Notes under the pieces: generated by a model | Databases searched by the model: none | The model's input: only the letters and a program-made list of their open reading frames with translations | Told to the model about the DNA's origin: nothing | Translations under genes and position numbers: made by a program | Origin: Lytechinus pictus | Taxonomy: Eukaryota | Assembly: GCF_037042905.1 (NCBI RefSeq) | Contig: NC_087250.1 | Coordinates: 9,612,001-9,676,000 of the forward strand | Direction: 5' to 3' | Length of the DNA: 64,000 nucleotides | In this document: positions 49,701 through 59,323 of the stretch, in pieces | Position numbering within the stretch: position 1 is the stretch's first letter | Layout of the letters: the number at the start of each line of letters is the position of its first letter

Positions 49701-50647
49701 TAAATGAAAATACCCATCTCTGCTCTCTTATTTTTGGTTCATGGAACAAAGGGTTTATTTATTTATTTATTTTTTTTTTTTTTGTTTAGTGTTGTTAATC
49801 AAAATAGTCTTTGGAATTTATGGAATTTAAGTTGTAACCATATTTTTTTCAAATATCAGAAAAAGATATTGCAAATGCAACTATTTTGTTTCTCCTTTTT
49901 CGGGGCTTACTTTGTACTGCTTTTTCATACAATCATAGACCTTCAAATTTGTCAGGTTTTTAAAAATACATATTTGGGCAGCAATTTTATTTGTAATTTT
50001 ATCAGTTATGTATATATATGTAATTTTTTTTGGGGGGGGCAATTTTTTATTAATTATGCTTTTTTTTTTTTTTTTTTTTGAAATCAGTGTCTTTCAGAAT
50101 TGTCAGTTTTCAAATTAATCAGTTAGTTAAAGAAAGATATTAGTAAGAGGAAATTATGTTACCATTTTTTTTACAGATAGGCCTAAATTTTAACTTCCCT
50201 TTATTTAATAATTGATATTCAACATTTCCAGGACATTTTTTTGTTTGTCTAACTGATCAGTTATATAACTCAATCAGTTGTTGAAGAACATTGCAAATTT
50301 GATAATTGCAGTTTACCTATGACTTTGAAAATGTTCAGGGTTTTTTTTGGGGGGGGGGTTGATCAGTTTTCGTGGAGTTTTTCCTTCAAATTGATCTGTT
50401 ACAGGAATTAATGTTGCCAATTTGATGATCCCTTCTTAGAAATAATGATCAGATAGCACGCTTATTGTGGCATGTTGGTGTGTGCACCTATCTTTTTCTT
50501 TCCCAGGAGGAGCAAAACGGAAAGTCTGAGCTCGACGCCATTATGATGCAACGTAAATCACGGGTCCTCGACGAGACCCTTCCCCCGCCCGATTTCATCC
50601 CGGAAACGCCTCCGGTTTTCGATTCACCTACAGGTAGACATCATTGA
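19722..50647 (+). CDS. EPS8: EPS8-family (EGFR kinase substrate 8-like) gene, 19 coding exons, about 1002 aa
   Basis: Manually spliced exons all have GT-AG borders and compatible phases, totalling 3009 nt. The translation shows EPS8 hallmarks: [24 protein letters not shown] (PTB), [44 protein letters not shown]3 FDFVARN..EL...WWEVRN.SG.SGYVP, and effector [40 protein letters not shown]. Confidence 0.96.
20280..20439. mobile_element. CWG-flanked MITE (Harbinger-like)
   Basis: CAG|ggcctcgttgcataaaagttac...gtaacttttatgcattggggcc|CAG. Relatives lie at 59174-59323 and about 50838-50985. Confidence 0.85.
21006..21133 (+). CDS. EPS8: EPS8 coding exon 2 ([15 protein letters not shown]...KGHY)
   Basis: Polypyrimidine tract plus caacag, donor gtaggt, open frame, phase 2 to 1. 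Confidence 0.78.
21177..21395. mobile_element. Small MITE-like inverted-repeat element
   Basis: ttagtaactcg..tccggaccagtccc / gggcctggtgcgga..cgaattactgaa. Confidence 0.55.
21986..22245 (+). CDS. EPS8: EPS8 coding exon 3 (His/Gln/Pro-rich, ends RFPVE at start of PTB)
   Basis: Acceptor tgcag, donor gtaagg. VE continues into HL of the next exon, matching the EPS8 VEHL motif. Confidence 0.9.
22257..22505. repeat. (GAT/GGT)n microsatellite in intron 3
   Basis: Seen directly, starting 11 nt after the donor. Confidence 0.95.
22485..22772 (-). mobile_element. tRNA-derived SINE with CORE-like centre
   Basis: The reverse strand has A box tggtctagtgg, a B-box-like ggttaaaatcc and core ccaggtgaggtgaatgggtac. 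Homologous to 34927. Confidence 0.85.
23230..23637. mobile_element. Harbinger-like MITE interrupted by a retroposon 3' end
   Basis: TIRs gggatgtttcacaaagatttaagtat / atacttaaatctttgtgaaacaccc. The insert at 23426-23611 is flanked by atact repeats. Confidence 0.85.
23709..23870 (+). CDS. EPS8: EPS8 coding exon 4 (PTB domain)
   Basis: [39 protein letters not shown]..., 162 nt, AG/GT borders. Confidence 0.96.
24060..24385 (-). mobile_element. CR1/L2-type LINE 3' fragment
   Basis: Minus strand reads [28 protein letters not shown], typical of an ORF2 C-terminus. Confidence 0.7.
24957..25106 (+). CDS. EPS8: EPS8 coding exon 5 (PTB domain)
   Basis: ETLEVFPL...[10 protein letters not shown]...[12 protein letters not shown], borders ttccag / gtgagt. 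Confidence 0.95.
25230..25560. repeat. Purine-rich (GAG/GAA) low-complexity tract
   Basis: Seen directly in the sequence. Confidence 0.9.
26311..26592 (-). mobile_element. tRNA-derived SINE
   Basis: Reverse strand: ggagcgttgtggcccagtggattagtctccggactttgaaacagagggtcgtgggttcgaatccc (A and B boxes), core, and (tta)n tail. Confidence 0.9.
26647..26720 (+). CDS. EPS8: EPS8 coding exon 6 (end of [27 protein letters not shown])
   Basis: Borders ttccag / gtaggc, phase 0 to 2, completes the PTB C-terminal helix. Confidence 0.88.
26746..27016. mobile_element. MITE family A (ggccccgtcttacaaagagtt.cgattgatcc TIRs)
   Basis: An inverted full copy lies at 39235-39507, and the same ends occur at 61572/62658. 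Confidence 0.92.
27020..27148. mobile_element. MITE family B
   Basis: ccataacacaaaggttagcaatt...ttgctaagttttgtgttacg. Copies at about 43574-43700 and 57131-57261. Confidence 0.85.
27152..27302. mobile_element. MITE family C, CTG target duplication
   Basis: CTG|gtgggtatattcatgaagctgtttgtaa...ttacaaacagctttatgaaac..cccac|CTG. Relative at 33988-34151. Confidence 0.85.
27306..27432. mobile_element. Internally deleted copy of the 23230 MITE family
   Basis: gggtgttgcacaaagatttaagt / catacttaaatctttgtgaaacaccc. Confidence 0.85.
27480..27922. mobile_element. MITE-like element
   Basis: TIRs ccagttcgtagtt / aactacgaactgg. Confidence 0.6.
28011..28585. mobile_element. Diverged 23230-family MITE containing a nested MITE (28042-28256) and its inverted partial duplicate (28259-28395)
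   Basis: Outer ends tttcacag..gtgtgacttag / taagagcgactccaagtc..tttgtgaaacccc. Inner TIR gttgcaagaaa.ttgcgatcaattgcaa. Confidence 0.8.
29304..29592. mobile_element. MITE related to the 15111 termini, with an internal 119-bp tandem duplication
   Basis: Ends cagagctgcca / tggcagctatg. 29348-29461 is repeated at 29467-29582. Confidence 0.65.
31308..31397. promoter_or_regulatory. Candidate intronic enhancer: RFX X-box plus DR1 nuclear receptor site
   Basis: GTTACCCATGGCAAC at 31308-31322 and TGACCTTTGACCT at 31385-31397. Motif match only. Confidence 0.35.
33040..33550. repeat. Degenerate tandem repeat
   Basis: Recurrent agaa.ggtatc...gggg..tgtactt and ctactctaaatct blocks. Confidence 0.65.
33988..34151. 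mobile_element. MITE family C copy (palindromic)
   Basis: tttcataaagctgttcgtaatttaagagcgactttaagaatgactgg / ccagtcgttcttaaagtcgctcttaacttacgaaccgctttatgaaa. Confidence 0.88.
34927..35093 (+). mobile_element. tRNA-derived SINE (3'-truncated)
   Basis: Has the A box, a degenerate B box and core gcactcgacccaggtgaggtgaatgggtacc. Confidence 0.88.
35392..35609 (+). CDS. EPS8: EPS8 coding exon 7 ([13 protein letters not shown]...VKNKVAAF)
   Basis: Resembles the EPS8 IPPPPRAPAP...VRSRVAAW segment, phase 2 to 1. The donor is ag|gtacat. Confidence 0.9.
35638..36276. mobile_element. Old TIR element (same family as 43012) with a nested MITE at about 35752-35923
   Basis: atgtgacc..ccccaaacca.caataagtc is shared with 43016. 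The nested element has TIRs tttccc.tacg.c.g.cgta.gg.gagt.gaaaca / tgtttctgacttgccgtacgtctgccgtaggggaaa. Confidence 0.6.
37829..37944 (+). CDS. EPS8: EPS8 coding exon 8 (...[16 protein letters not shown])
   Basis: Borders ttacag / gtaaga. Ends in RDV as in EPS8 ARIDRDV. Confidence 0.92.
38308..38523 (+). CDS. EPS8: EPS8 coding exon 9 ([11 protein letters not shown]...[11 protein letters not shown])
   Basis: Highly conserved central domain, borders cacag / gtaagt. Confidence 0.97.
38982..39205 (+). CDS. EPS8: EPS8 coding exon 10 ([20 protein letters not shown]...LWMSLGRAW)
   Basis: Conserved central domain, borders ttccag / gtaagt. Confidence 0.97.
39235..39507. mobile_element. MITE family A, inverted relative to 26746
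   Basis: Full-length reverse-complement similarity. Confidence 0.92.
39596..39790. mobile_element. Small TIR element with (t)taggg-like interior
   Basis: acatttgctcctgcgaaaattgctcc / ggagcaattgtcgctggagtaaatgt. Confidence 0.75.
40234..40514 (-). mobile_element. Full-length tRNA-derived SINE
   Basis: Has A and B boxes (tggcccagtgg, ggttcgaatccc), core and (tta)n tail. Confidence 0.92.
40702..40891 (+). CDS. EPS8: EPS8 coding exon 11 ([15 protein letters not shown])
   Basis: Matches EPS8 EWPKE..YVPRFRNGWEP, borders ctgcag / gtaaga. Confidence 0.95.
41256..41533 (+). mobile_element. tRNA-derived SINE with L2-like tail
   Basis: Head ggagcatcgtggtgtaccggtt..gtttgaatccc, core ctcgacccaggtg..aatgggtacc, tail tgtaaagcgcttaga. 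Confidence 0.88.
41652..41908 (+). CDS. EPS8: EPS8 coding exon 12 (HxNGP heptad-repeat linker)
   Basis: Borders cgcag / gtaaga. Open frame with phase 0 to 2 is needed to join exons 11 and 13. Confidence 0.88.
42133..42286 (+). CDS. EPS8: EPS8 coding exon 13 (Pro-rich plus SH3 N-terminal half)
   Basis: [22 protein letters not shown], borders catag / gtaaat. Confidence 0.95.
42412..42560 (+). mobile_element. Possible Penelope-like element terminal fragment
   Basis: cctgaaga-t-aacaag-aacaca-cttgtc-aaaacgtcg resembles the hammerhead-bearing pLTR motif ctgaNga..cgaaacg. Confidence 0.5.
42799..42978 (+). CDS. EPS8: EPS8 coding exon 14 (SH3 C-terminal half)
   Basis: [26 protein letters not shown], borders gacag / gtgagt. 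Confidence 0.96.
43012..43461. mobile_element. MITE-like element
   Basis: tatgtgacctgccccccaaaaccagcaataagtc / ggcttattggtgattttggggtggtatgtcacata. Confidence 0.7.
43825..43888 (+). CDS. EPS8: EPS8 coding exon 15 ([21 protein letters not shown])
   Basis: Borders ttttag / gtaagt, phase 0 to 1. A possible in-frame alternative donor follows 43867. Confidence 0.85.
44512..44956. mobile_element. MITE, second copy of the 7090 family
   Basis: Colinear similarity to 7090-7552. Confidence 0.92.
45024..45107 (+). CDS. EPS8: EPS8 coding exon 16 ([27 protein letters not shown])
   Basis: Strong tttcag / gtgagt borders, 84 nt, symmetric phase 1-1, open frame. Confidence 0.8.
45995..46180 (+). mobile_element. 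Second SINE family (tRNA-like B box ggttcaattcc)
   Basis: The tail cttagcaatcag.ta.aaa recurs at about 22815-22865 (inverted) and about 32590. Confidence 0.65.
46465..46645 (+). CDS. EPS8: EPS8 coding exon 17 (effector region: [10 protein letters not shown]...[17 protein letters not shown])
   Basis: Matches EPS8 VQDELIHRL...ITYDSTPEDVKTWLQSKGF, borders ctgcag / gtaagt. Confidence 0.96.
46860..47456 (+). repeat. Three decayed tandem copies (about 181 bp) of exon-18 acceptor plus exon start
   Basis: ga.tgtgcacagtctt...tgaatg.tgcc.agttgttta at 46915, 47096 and 47276, versus the true exon at 47457. Confidence 0.95.
47457..47589 (+). CDS. EPS8: EPS8 coding exon 18 (SAM-like: [25 protein letters not shown]...QKAALQ)
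   Basis: Near-identical to the EPS8 effector helices, borders tatag / gtaact. Confidence 0.96.
47614..47980. repeat. 22-bp minisatellite (ttgattgcaaaattatgttgcaa-like) starting at a MITE-like GGGG terminus
   Basis: About 15 units seen directly. Confidence 0.85.
50507..50647 (+). CDS. EPS8: EPS8 coding exon 19 ([17 protein letters not shown]...GRHH*)
   Basis: Acceptor tcccag. [10 protein letters not shown] resembles EPS8 SELQEIMRRR. Stop at 50645-50647, but cag|gtagac at 50633 could be a donor to an unidentified last exon. Confidence 0.88.
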   Translation, partial: EEQNGKSELDAIMMQRKSRVLDETLPPPDFIPETPPVFDSPTGRHH

Positions 50648-53600
50648 TCCACAGTAGTTATTCACAATGTAAAGAGGGGAGTACGGGATGATGTATTCAA
50701 AATATCCCTTTCACCAATTAAATGCACTTCGATATGAAAAAAAATTGTCAAAATTTGGATAATTTTTCCCAATTCATTTCAAATAAATATTTTCTTTCCA
50801 TTTCACAAATTAATACATTTTAAAAAATATATTCAATGGTCCCATTCCATAAAGAGCTGTTATTACATCAAATGCACAGTTTTTGTATAACAAGTTTACT
50901 ATCAGCCAATTCTATTGATTGATTTTAGTAGCTTTAAACTGTTATTGCACATTTGTCATGATAAAAAGTTTTGTGAAACGTGCCCCAGATAAATTAATTT
51001 GAGCAGAAAACAGTTAAACATGGTCTTATTTAAGGTTACATGTCTTCATTCTATTTTATCAAAACCTGATTGGAAATGTGGAATTACACTGTATAGAAAC
51101 TTGATAGTACTTTCCTTCAAATATTAATGAACTTTGACAAGAAATTAATGCAAATTAGTCATTCTGTAGCTAAAGCATTTTTCTTTCCACTTTTTAAAGC
51201 ATGATTAGGCATATAGATTTGCTATTTGTTGCTAAGGAAAAACATTTGTATTTTTGAGTTCTATAGAAAATAGAACTCGTCTACATGTGTTACAAATCAA
51301 AAGATGCTAACTTTTTTTCTTCAAGGAAATCAGCATTTTGTATTCTTCATCTCGCTTTTCATTTCTCCTTTTCTAAAAAAACATAATAAATGCTATCATA
51401 ATAATATTGCTAATAATTGAACATTTTCTCTACTATATTGAAAAAGCAATGGTCCTTCTGCATCAGAGTTAGGTCAGATGTCACATTTCAAATCAATAGA
51501 ATTCTTTTTGTAGTTATAGTTAAACTTTTTTGTATTTCACTGATTTCTTCTAAAACAAATTTAGTCTGTTCCCATTCACTCACAATAGATTCTCAGAATA
51601 TTTTCTCTGTTGTATAGTTATTTACTTCTTTAAAACAAATTGCAAATTGTCTTCCCCGGTCAATAATTGATCGGGAAAGATTGCTCAAAATATTTATTTC
51701 CCAACATGTTGGGCTCCTACGCTTTGCTCCTCGTATACTTCAGTTTTCATCATATTACTTTTCATCGTATTTTGTCGTATGTTGTGTCTCAGTGTATTCC
51801 ATTTGATGTAAACTCCACCTAACCAAGAAAATGCATGATAAATGTTTGTGTGCCATTTCATTTTACCCAAAATACTAGATGTATATATCAAGTTAATTAC
51901 ATGCAATTCCATGGTCTTCCATATATAATCTTGTTATTCTCCTAGATAAATTTTTTCCTTCATCTTCCACATTTTCAGTTGTATTTAGTGTACATGTACC
52001 CAACTAACAACTATCTTATATCATTTTATCTTCATTATTCTTTTTCCTCATTAACATGCATTCAGAATCAGAATTTTGTACTTTTCTTTGAACTTGCATT
52101 ACAGGATATTTGGGTCCATCTTTTTTTTAATAACCTGCTTTTAGTGACAAAACCTCTTATCTCACAAATATGGAATAAATGAAGAATGAGAAACATGAAT
52201 GCCATGAGGCTTTATGAAATAATAGAGTCTTGCTGTGACACATTATTTATTATCAGTTTTCAGCAAAGATTTCATGGGTTCACAAATATAAGTTTATTTT
52301 AATGTACCAGATCTAGATCTACACGTACATGTATGATAATATGATGAAAAATTAACCTTGATTTGAAAAACCTCATGAAATCATTTGCTGCAACTACTTT
52401 CTTTTTCACCTTTAAAATAAAGAAGTAAGCGTTCAAAATTTGAGATAAGAGGTTGCAGGCCTATTTTGCAGAAAGAATTGCACCATTCGCAGCTTGAATA
52501 AACACATTGATATCTAAGCAATGAGAAACCTACGACTGGCATATTATTTATTTGGTTGCATTTAAGTGCAAGACTTCCTGCAGTGTGCCTTATGTCACTG
52601 TATATAATGTGCTGGGATATCAAGGGATGTCACTGTGGTCTTGCACATAGCAACAAGTGCAGGCACACATTTCACGGAGCACCTACTCAGTTACTTTAAC
52701 TGGTAGATTCACTCTGGGCCAATCATACGTTAGCATTTCAATAGCTTATAACAGCTGCTAGTGAAAAGGCACTGAAAAAATGTTTCATAAAATGCTCCCA
52801 ATATCTCTGTATGATTTATTCTAAATTGGTATCCCTGCATTTCAGTGGTATGTAAAGGTTTGATATATATATAGTGATTGTACAGAAATGGGTAACTGAC
52901 ACTTGTTGCGATGCAAATAAACAAAGTGGTTCATATTATTTCCATTTCATACATATGCCCATCTTCTATCAATACATTTGGCATTATCTTATATGGCACA
53001 ATATACCATATAAGATGATAATGAAAAAGTGCACGTTATTACTTACTTAGGTTGATTTTAGGCATATATCATATAGTGAAATTTGTATACTACCCATTTT
53101 ATTACTTTACTTTTTAATCTGGCATTACGTAAGGAAAGCACTTTGGCATTTCATCTATTTTATCATTCTACCGTTATGACCGCTGTATTGCACCATTTTC
53201 ATCTATTGCCTGTGCAGTATTGATATATATATATATTATATGTACATGTATATCATATATGAATGCGATCAATTTTTGTCTCTTCTTTTTACAGAAAAGA
53301 TTCCAAATCATATTTGCAATACTGCGAAAATATCTTATCTTAATGTCTCTCCTAAAACTCTACTTTTTACTGCACCATCCTCATTCACCCTTCATTGTTA
53401 CCGGTATTGACAGAAGATGGTTTTTTATTTATGAATTACAGGATTTGTAAGGTATATCATTTTCATCGGCTTTCACCTTATACCATATAAGCCTATAGAT
53501 GTAGGGAATGCTGTATCACACAAGGCTATTGACATTATGCAATTATCTTATTACTTCTTATAGAGGGGCCCCCAGATGTCCCATGGTGAAGTAACCTGGA

Positions 53601-56600
53601 ACCTATCACAACGCTTTTAGAGCCTTTTTGTGCTAACATTCTTGTCTGCTCATCTTGGATTCATAAGGCCGTTAAAATCAGTTCATACCGTACTGCATGT
53701 GCAAGAGCTGCCATATGTCTGCATGTCATTATACAATGTTGCCTACTAGAGCCAAATATTTCTATACAAACCTTATGGGAATTACAGAATTCCATTATCT
53801 GCTGGTTAAATTTCCATTGCTTTTGCTTCATTTATTTTTTTGCTTGCTCATACTGGTTCGAGTGGCACTCCAATGCTGCAGAGGTCAAGTCAACTATGAT
53901 TTTTTTTTCCCATAGGATTTCACTTTTACCATTGCAAGGTTATGAACAAGAATGCCTCAGTGCTCTCATTAACAGCAGTGTATGTATGCTAATGGTTTTA
54001 TATTGAAGTTCAGCTATCATCCGCTTTTATAGCTAGTATGTTTCAGTTGGCTGATCCCAGAGTTTTTGGAACTGGTAATAACTGGCAAAAAGTAAGTCAG
54101 TGGGGCACAGCTAACTCGCTGACCCTTTATAGACGTTCTTTGCAAGGGAAACTGATATATGATTTTACTATCAGGCATGTATGGGATATAAAGCACCTGT
54201 TTCATAGTATGCCTATGCATCTGAATGTTTTCAAATTACCCATTGAAGCTGAAGATTTCACAACTTCCACTTACGGCTATCATTTATATTTAGACTACAT
54301 TATATTCATAAAGCTTTGCCTGTTTGCTCCTCATGGCTATATCATGGTTCTTTTTTTTTTATGTGGGCCAAGGTCCATGACCGCAATTATAACATGGAAT
54401 TTGCCAAGAACACATACACCAACAGATAAGTTTGATACTTTAACCATGAGGACAGTATTCCACTTTTAGGCAGCACTCTACACATTGTCTTAATTTTTCC
54501 AATTGCTGTACACATATGTCCATCACTTTAAATAGTTCCCATTCATGAAATAAATTTTGATTTTGATTCCTGAACTTGAACGTTATTAAAAGAAGTAGAG
54601 ATATAGGTGTTCATAACAATATAATTTATAGGAAGATTTTTATACTTCTATATTGCTGTAGATAAATCACTATTTTTGTATATATATATATATGCAGTAT
54701 ATTCCTAACTGTATTTCTCAGTGTTACTTGCATAAGTTTGGATCATGTCCAGTTTGGTTTTAAATTTCATCTTGAAATAAATGAGCACAAATTAAAATTT
54801 GTGAAAAGTATATGTCTGTGAGGATTGAATGTTTATGTCTTTTAATGATTTAGTATATTAAATGAAATAAGGAAAGGTTTTGCCAGGCTGAGAAATTAAC
54901 CACATATTAAAATGAAATAGATCGAAGACAAAAGCCAATATAAATATATAATGAATGAAAAACAAAACCCCAAGGTCAATAAATGAACAAAACATAACTC
55001 ATGTTTTTGTGACATGGGCCTGCTTTAGTTTTTAATTGATCATTCTATCTGTTGCATAGAGGTAAAACAGTACTCTAGATTTGTATTCCATTGCTCATGT
55101 AGTCCCATATTATTCATTCCGATGTGAGATTTTTTATCCTAGTACTAAATGTGAACTACAGTTATATTGTATTCATTCCAATATAGCGATAACTATATGT
55201 AACTTCATGTCTGAAGCTGTATTCCAATACGTTGTTTCCAAAAGGAAACTCATACTTATATATTAGAATCATTTATATTTGAAAATTGCAGAGGGTTTCC
55301 CCCCTTTCAATTTGTATTCAAGATTAATGTGTATATTTTGTTCCATTTTGCTAATCGCAAAACAATGCTTTATAAATGCTACTTTGACATGTGTATATTA
55401 TATATTTTAACAGTAGTATTCAATTATTGTAGAAATTTGACTTGTAAATTTGGAATATAGAGCTATTTTAAATGGTTGTAATGAAATGGTGCATTTATAA
55501 AGCAAACAGGTATAATTATAATATCCATATTGTACTGTGAATTTCCACGTAATATGCATAGAGGAGGGAAGTTTATATTTTGATACATTACCCAATGTAC
55601 ATACAAATGACAGTAGAGATCACAAGTGTAAATATATGAATGAATGTATAATGTAATTGATGCCTTTGATCCAGGGTGGAAATGTATTAACAAAGTATAT
55701 ATTATCAATGATTGTTAGATTGTTATGCATACATTATCAATGTATACCAGTATTCTATGTGTTTTGTATAATTGGGGTTTATACAGGAAATATTCGATAG
55801 GGAAAGCGTGTCTTTTGCGGGGTTTCGTGAAGTGCAGCTGTGCAAATCGAGGATGACCAAAGAGATCGTTAATTCACCTTGGCAAAAGTCGTAGCGACTT
55901 CTTCAACATTGAGTCATACTAAATGCTTGTTTTACAGGGACTTTCCACCATTCCCCGTTGTTTTGTCTATGCTGATATTCTAAGAGAAGTGTGGAAAAGA
56001 TGCCAAGTATTATTCATCCACAAATACCTGACTGAGACTTATGTGATTAATTGACTTTTCATACATGTGTCAGCAAGCGCTGGCTCCCCTTTACATGCAA
56101 AACTTTGCACAATAACACATGATGTACAAAGACCTTATTGAGGGCCAATTTCTCTTGCATGTTAAAAGGTGAAGTTACTCATCCCTCAATTCAGTGGCAT
56201 ACAGAATTTTTTACGACCAAGAAAAAAAAGAGAAAAGGAAAGAAGGGTGAAATATTTTATTTTTTAATATTATGTCAAAATCTAATTACACAATTGGATA
56301 TTTGTAATAAAAATTTCAAAAAATTTTGCTCGCTCACACCTTTTTGATAAATTTTGCCCGATGCGCCTCATCTAGCCCCCTCAATTGGCTCATGATGCCA
56401 CTGCCTTGATTCATCTTAAAGTGATTTAAAAAAAAAATTTGTCTTCTGCATATGACATTATTAATTGCCTTGTTTCAGCTGCATTTCACGAAGAAACCAA
56501 AGCCAGGCGTATATTTATCAATTATATATAACAGTGTGTATTTATATTCATAAAATGGAAATTGTACAACTACTTCTACATTCATTCTCCATATTAGATG

Positions 56601-56960
56601 AGCATGATTATGTTGATTTTGTAAATGAATTTATTTTTTGATGAGAGAGAGACAGAATGACAGAGGTTATATCATGAGCGAGGGTATATATTTGCCCATT
56701 CATATTTACATGTAAATGAGGAGTTTTCAAATACAAATGACACACATTTTTCTTCATGTATTACACAGATTTATTTCCTACTGTTGCTTTACTTCACACG
56801 TAATACTATAACTTTTGTCTTACAAGGTTTATTCAATGTTTCTTATTATTTTCATACCCATTTTATTCACTTTAGACACATTACCCACATTGCAATCAAT
56901 CCTTTTTTTTTCATTTCAGATACCTTAAGAACAGACCAACAATTTTGAAAAGACAATCAG

Positions 56961-57261
56961 GGCTCCATAACACAGATTAATGATTAAGATTAATGATTAA
57001 TCACTTAATTGAAAGAACAATTCTGATTGGTTCCTAGTCAGTCTACGGCGCAACATGCACATGCAAGGATGATTTTGATAGGCCATTTCATTTAGTGATT
57101 AATCACTAACCTTTGTGTTACGGAGCCCAGGGTCACATAACCCAAAGCGTAGCGATTAATCGTATGCTTGATTTTTATGATTGATCGTACATTGTAGCCA
57201 ATGCAATCAATTGTGAATAAAATGTTCTATGATTGATTGCTAAGCTGTGTGTTACGGGCCC
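56961..57261. mobile_element. Two abutting CAG-flanked MITEs
   Basis: CAG|ggctccataacac...gtgttacggagcc|CAG|ggtcacataac...gttacgggccc|CAG. Confidence 0.88.
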
Positions 57262-59173
57262 CAGATCTCATTTCTTTATACTGCTTTTTATGATGCATTC
57301 CCTTGCGATGCTATTTTGGCAATATATCTAAATTAACACTTCACTTATTAGAATTAACCTGATTCTGGTATAACTTGGCCTTTAAATCCAAATGAATGGG
57401 ATTGACATATGATATAGGTCTGGGTATCACAATTGGGAAAGAAATCTTAATGGTCCCTACCAGAAAACTTCCCGGTCTGTAAAATTAGTTATGGAACTTT
57501 GGACGGGCATGGACTTACAATGAAGTCCATGGTTTGGATGGCAGATTTTTCTTTCTTTTGCATATTTCTACTTCGGAAATGCATATTTTGACAAATTATG
57601 ACACATACTGTCATCATGCAATCTGTGTGATGTGATTGCACTTTTGCTTGCTTTATACCAGGAAAACAACTCAATTGTGTGATAATATATTAATGTTTTG
57701 GAGTTAAGGTCATATGAACACACACCCGCACACACACCCCCACACACATTGACACTTCTGTCCAAATATGTCTTTGATGTATACAAATACTGAACACATT
57801 GTTTAAACATCTCATAGAAATGTCTGTATTTTACATTAGATTAGGTGGTCATTTCTTAAAAGCCAAACGTGAAGACAGCTTAGATAGCGCATTTTGTGGT
57901 AAATGTCATATATTTTAGACAATGTAAAAGTTAGCACTAGCTGTACAATGGTCCTTTTCAACTAAGTGCAAACGGCAAATTTAGAAATAATTCTTTTTTA
58001 TTCATAACTTAATGTTAATGTAACGCCTGTACCCTAAACTGATTTTCATATATGTAAGAAGACATGTATTTTTTATATACCTGTTCACTCTCTGTATTTC
58101 CATTGATTATCATTCATATTTTATTATTTATCTTCTTTGAAATTATTTGTTCAATGTGAACGGGAATACTAGAATAAGTAGTTCATTTTTATATTGAAAT
58201 TGTTTTCCAGTAATATACCAATGATGCCCCCCCCCCCCCTTATCTGAATCGTAATGATATGCCAATACAGAAGTAAATAAATGGTGATAGATTTATACAA
58301 AAACATGACATGTGTAGATAACACATAAGGCCCAATCTTAAGAAATACATTTGTTGTCTTTGTAATACGGGAAATGAGTTTGAATTAAACAAGAAAGAGA
58401 CAAATTATATTTTATTCAATTCAGGTTTCTATATTTTATTTCAATTATACCAATGGTAATTGCATTTTTGTAATAAGATATTAAAGTTATATATTCCCAT
58501 AAATGATATTGCTGAAAAGAGAAGAATACTTATTCGGAATGAAGATATATCTGTATATAGAACTATAGATATTCATTATTAAAGGGAGAAATCATGAAAG
58601 TTGAATTTTCATAGCGATTATTGACATATGAACTTTATTTTCTTCTTGAATAATTTCATTGTTATATGATAACTACAGGAATTTCATTTGAATATATATA
58701 TGTTTTATTGAATAGATACGCGTTTATTAATTTCCCTTTTCCTTATTTTTGTAAATGATCACACTAATGCCTTTGCTATAACATTTTGAAAAGTCACCAT
58801 ATGTATATGTATTCTCATAAAGATTATATCAGATTCTACAGTTATATTCTAATGCAGCCATTTTGGAAAGAATTTCTGAAATGTCAGGCTTTCACTCGCC
58901 TACTCATTGAATGGAATGTAAATGTATAGTACTGTGAAAGATAATATTCTTGTAGAATTTCTATGTTATCATTTTACATGTATTTCGATGTGCCTTTAAA
59001 ATTGATAATACATTACGTCAAAGAATAAAGAGGACGATTTTGTTAGCCAATTCTTACACATGAGTGTCATCTCTCTCAGTATGATCTATGGAAAACAAAC
59101 AACCTCGCCAAAATGCATGTCTTCTTTCGTATCAGTGACAAACATTCATTGACCTGTCCTTGGATGAGTTCAG

Positions 59174-59323
59174 GGGCCTGTTTCATAAATAGTTACAACT
59201 GTTGTAACAATTATGGCAACTACCATGGCAACAGGGCTCAGCAGCCAATCAAAATCAAGATTACCGTGGTAGTTGTCATAATGGCAAAGTAACAACAGTT
59301 GTAATTCTTTGTGAAACGGGCCC
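59174..59323. mobile_element. CWG-flanked MITE (20280 family)
   Basis: gggcctgtttcataaatagttacaactgttg / aacagttgtaattctttgtgaaacgggccc. Confidence 0.85.

Noticed and set aside
54038..54469. 143-aa ORF downstream of EPS8
   Set aside because: It has no recognisable domain and intron/UTR-like composition.
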